From positions 1 through 35,779 of the forward strand of contig JAUCBJ010004668.1 of assembly GCA_032718475.1 (NCBI GenBank): a stretch of DNA of 35,779 bases, read 5' to 3'. Below, piece by piece: positions 34,001 through 35,779 of the stretch. Under the pieces are notes generated by a model. That model searched no databases. It was not told the DNA's origin and saw only the letters and a list, made by a program, of their open reading frames with translations. This stretch comes from Nemertoderma westbladi. Taxonomy: Eukaryota; Animalia; Xenacoelomorpha. Each line of letters starts with the position of its first letter. Within the stretch, counting starts at the first letter, position 1. A program made the translations under genes and the position numbers.

Positions 34001-35779
34001 AACTGGCTACGTTGTTGTCTCCCTTATTTAATTATATTTCATTAACTCACTCACAACTGGCTACGTTGTTGTTCTCCTTATTTAATTATATTTCATTAAC
34101 TCACTCACAACTGGCTACGTTGTTGTCTCCCTTAATTATATTTCATTAACTCACTCACAACTGGCTACGTTGTTGTTCTCCTTATTTAATTATATTTCAT
34201 TAACTCACTCACAACTGGCTACGTTGTTGTCTCCCTTTTAATTATATTTCATTAACTCACTCACAACTGGCTACGTTGTTGTCTCCCTTATTTAATTATA
34301 TTTCATTAACTCACTCACAACTGGCTACGTTGTTGTTCTCCTTATTTAATTATATTTCATTAACTCACTCACAACTGGCTACGTTGTTGTTCTCCTTATT
34401 TAATTATATTTCATTAACTCACTCACAACTGGCTACGTTGTTGTCTCCCTTAATTATATTTCATTAACTCACTCACAACTGGCTACGTTGTTGTCTCCCT
34501 TAATTATATTTCATTAACTCACTCACAACTGGCTACGTTGTTGTTCTCCTTATTTAATTATATTTCATTAACTCACTCACAACTGGCTACGTTGTTGTTC
34601 TCCTTATTTAATTATATTTCATTAACTCACTCACAACTGGCTACGTTGTTGTCTCCCTTATTTAATTATATTTCATTAACTCACTCACAACTGGCTACGT
34701 TGTTGTTCTCCTTATTTAATTATATTTCATTAACTCACTCACAACTGGCTACGTTGTTGTCTCCTTATTTAATTATATTTCATTAACTCACTCACAACTG
34801 GCTACGTTGTTGTCTCCCTTATTTAATTATATTTCATTAACTCACTCACAACTGGCTACGTTGTTGTCTCCTTATTTAATTATATTTCATTAACTCACTC
34901 ACAACTGGCTACGTTGTTGTCTCCTTATTTAATTATATTTCATTAACTCACTCACAACTGGCTACGTTGTTGTCTCCCTTATTTAATTATATTTCATTAA
35001 CTCACTCACAACTGGCTACGTTGTTGTCTCCCTTATTTAATTATATTTCATTAACTCACTCACAACTGGCTACGTTGTTGTCTCCCTTATTTAATTATAT
35101 TTCATTAACTCACTCACAACTGGCTACGTTGTTGTCTCCCTTATTTAATTATATTTCATTAACTCACTCACAACTGGCTACGTTGTTGTTCTCCTTATTT
35201 AATTATATTTCATTAACTCACTCACAACTGGCTACGTTGTTGTCTCCCTTAATTATATTTCATTAACTCACTCACAACTGGCTACGTTGTTGTCTCCCTT
35301 ATTTAATTATATTTCATTAACTCACTCACAACTGGCTACGTTGTTGTTCTCCTTATTTAATTATATTTCATTAACTCACTCACAACTGGCTACGTTGTTG
35401 TCTCCCTTATTTAATTATATTTCATTAACTCACTCACAACTGGCTACGTTGTTGTCTCCCTTAATTATATTTCATTAACTCACTCACAACTGGCTACGTT
35501 GTTGTTCTCCTTATTTAATTATATTTCATTAACTCACTCACAACTGGCTACGTTGTTGTTCTCCTTATTTAATTATATTTCATTAACTCACTCACAACTG
35601 GCTACGTTGTTGTTCTCCCTTATTTAATTATATTTCATTAACTCACTCACAACTGGCTACGTTGTTGTTCTCCTTATTTAATTATATTTCATTAACTCAC
35701 TCACAACTGGCTACGTTGTTGTCTCCCTTATTTAATTATATTTCATTAACTCACTCACAACTGGCTACGTTGTTGTCTC
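31038..35779 (+). repeat. 54-bp satellite, array 2 (about 89 copies, runs off the window end)
   Basis: Same unit and orientation as 24651-26200. The first unit (about 31038-31090) is diverged. Confidence 0.98.

Noticed and set aside
24853-35478. Many ORFs of type (LSPLFNYISLTHSQLATL)n
   Set aside because: Translations of the 54-bp satellite, whose unit is a multiple of 3 with no stop in one frame. They break at every indel variant and have no ATG start or unique coding flank.

Overview
AT-rich eukaryotic (most likely invertebrate animal) genomic DNA, not prokaryotic. Positions 5310-15188 (+) hold a seven-exon, divergent transmembrane semaphorin gene with class 1/6-like architecture: signal peptide, Sema domain, PSI domain, Ser/Thr/Pro-rich stalk, TM helix and a cytoplasmic tail with a PPVPPKP motif. 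I assembled it by hand with consistent GT-AG intron phases. The most striking feature is a 48-bp minisatellite of about 41 copies at the intron 5/exon 6 boundary. Every unit carries a polypyrimidine-CAG acceptor in the phase the upstream donor needs. A 2-bp insertion splits the array into 12 acceptors giving truncated, TM-less products and 29 giving membrane-bound products whose stalk length differs in 16-aa steps. The rest is repeat-rich: a 278-bp MITE family with 8-bp TSDs and a minisatellite derived from its end, DINE-1/HINE-like elements, a possible piggyBac-like MITE, a decayed RTE-clade LINE (about 22150-24650), and 54-bp, 43-bp and 7-bp satellite arrays covering most of 24.65-35.78 kb. 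All of this is from reading the sequence; no searches were run.
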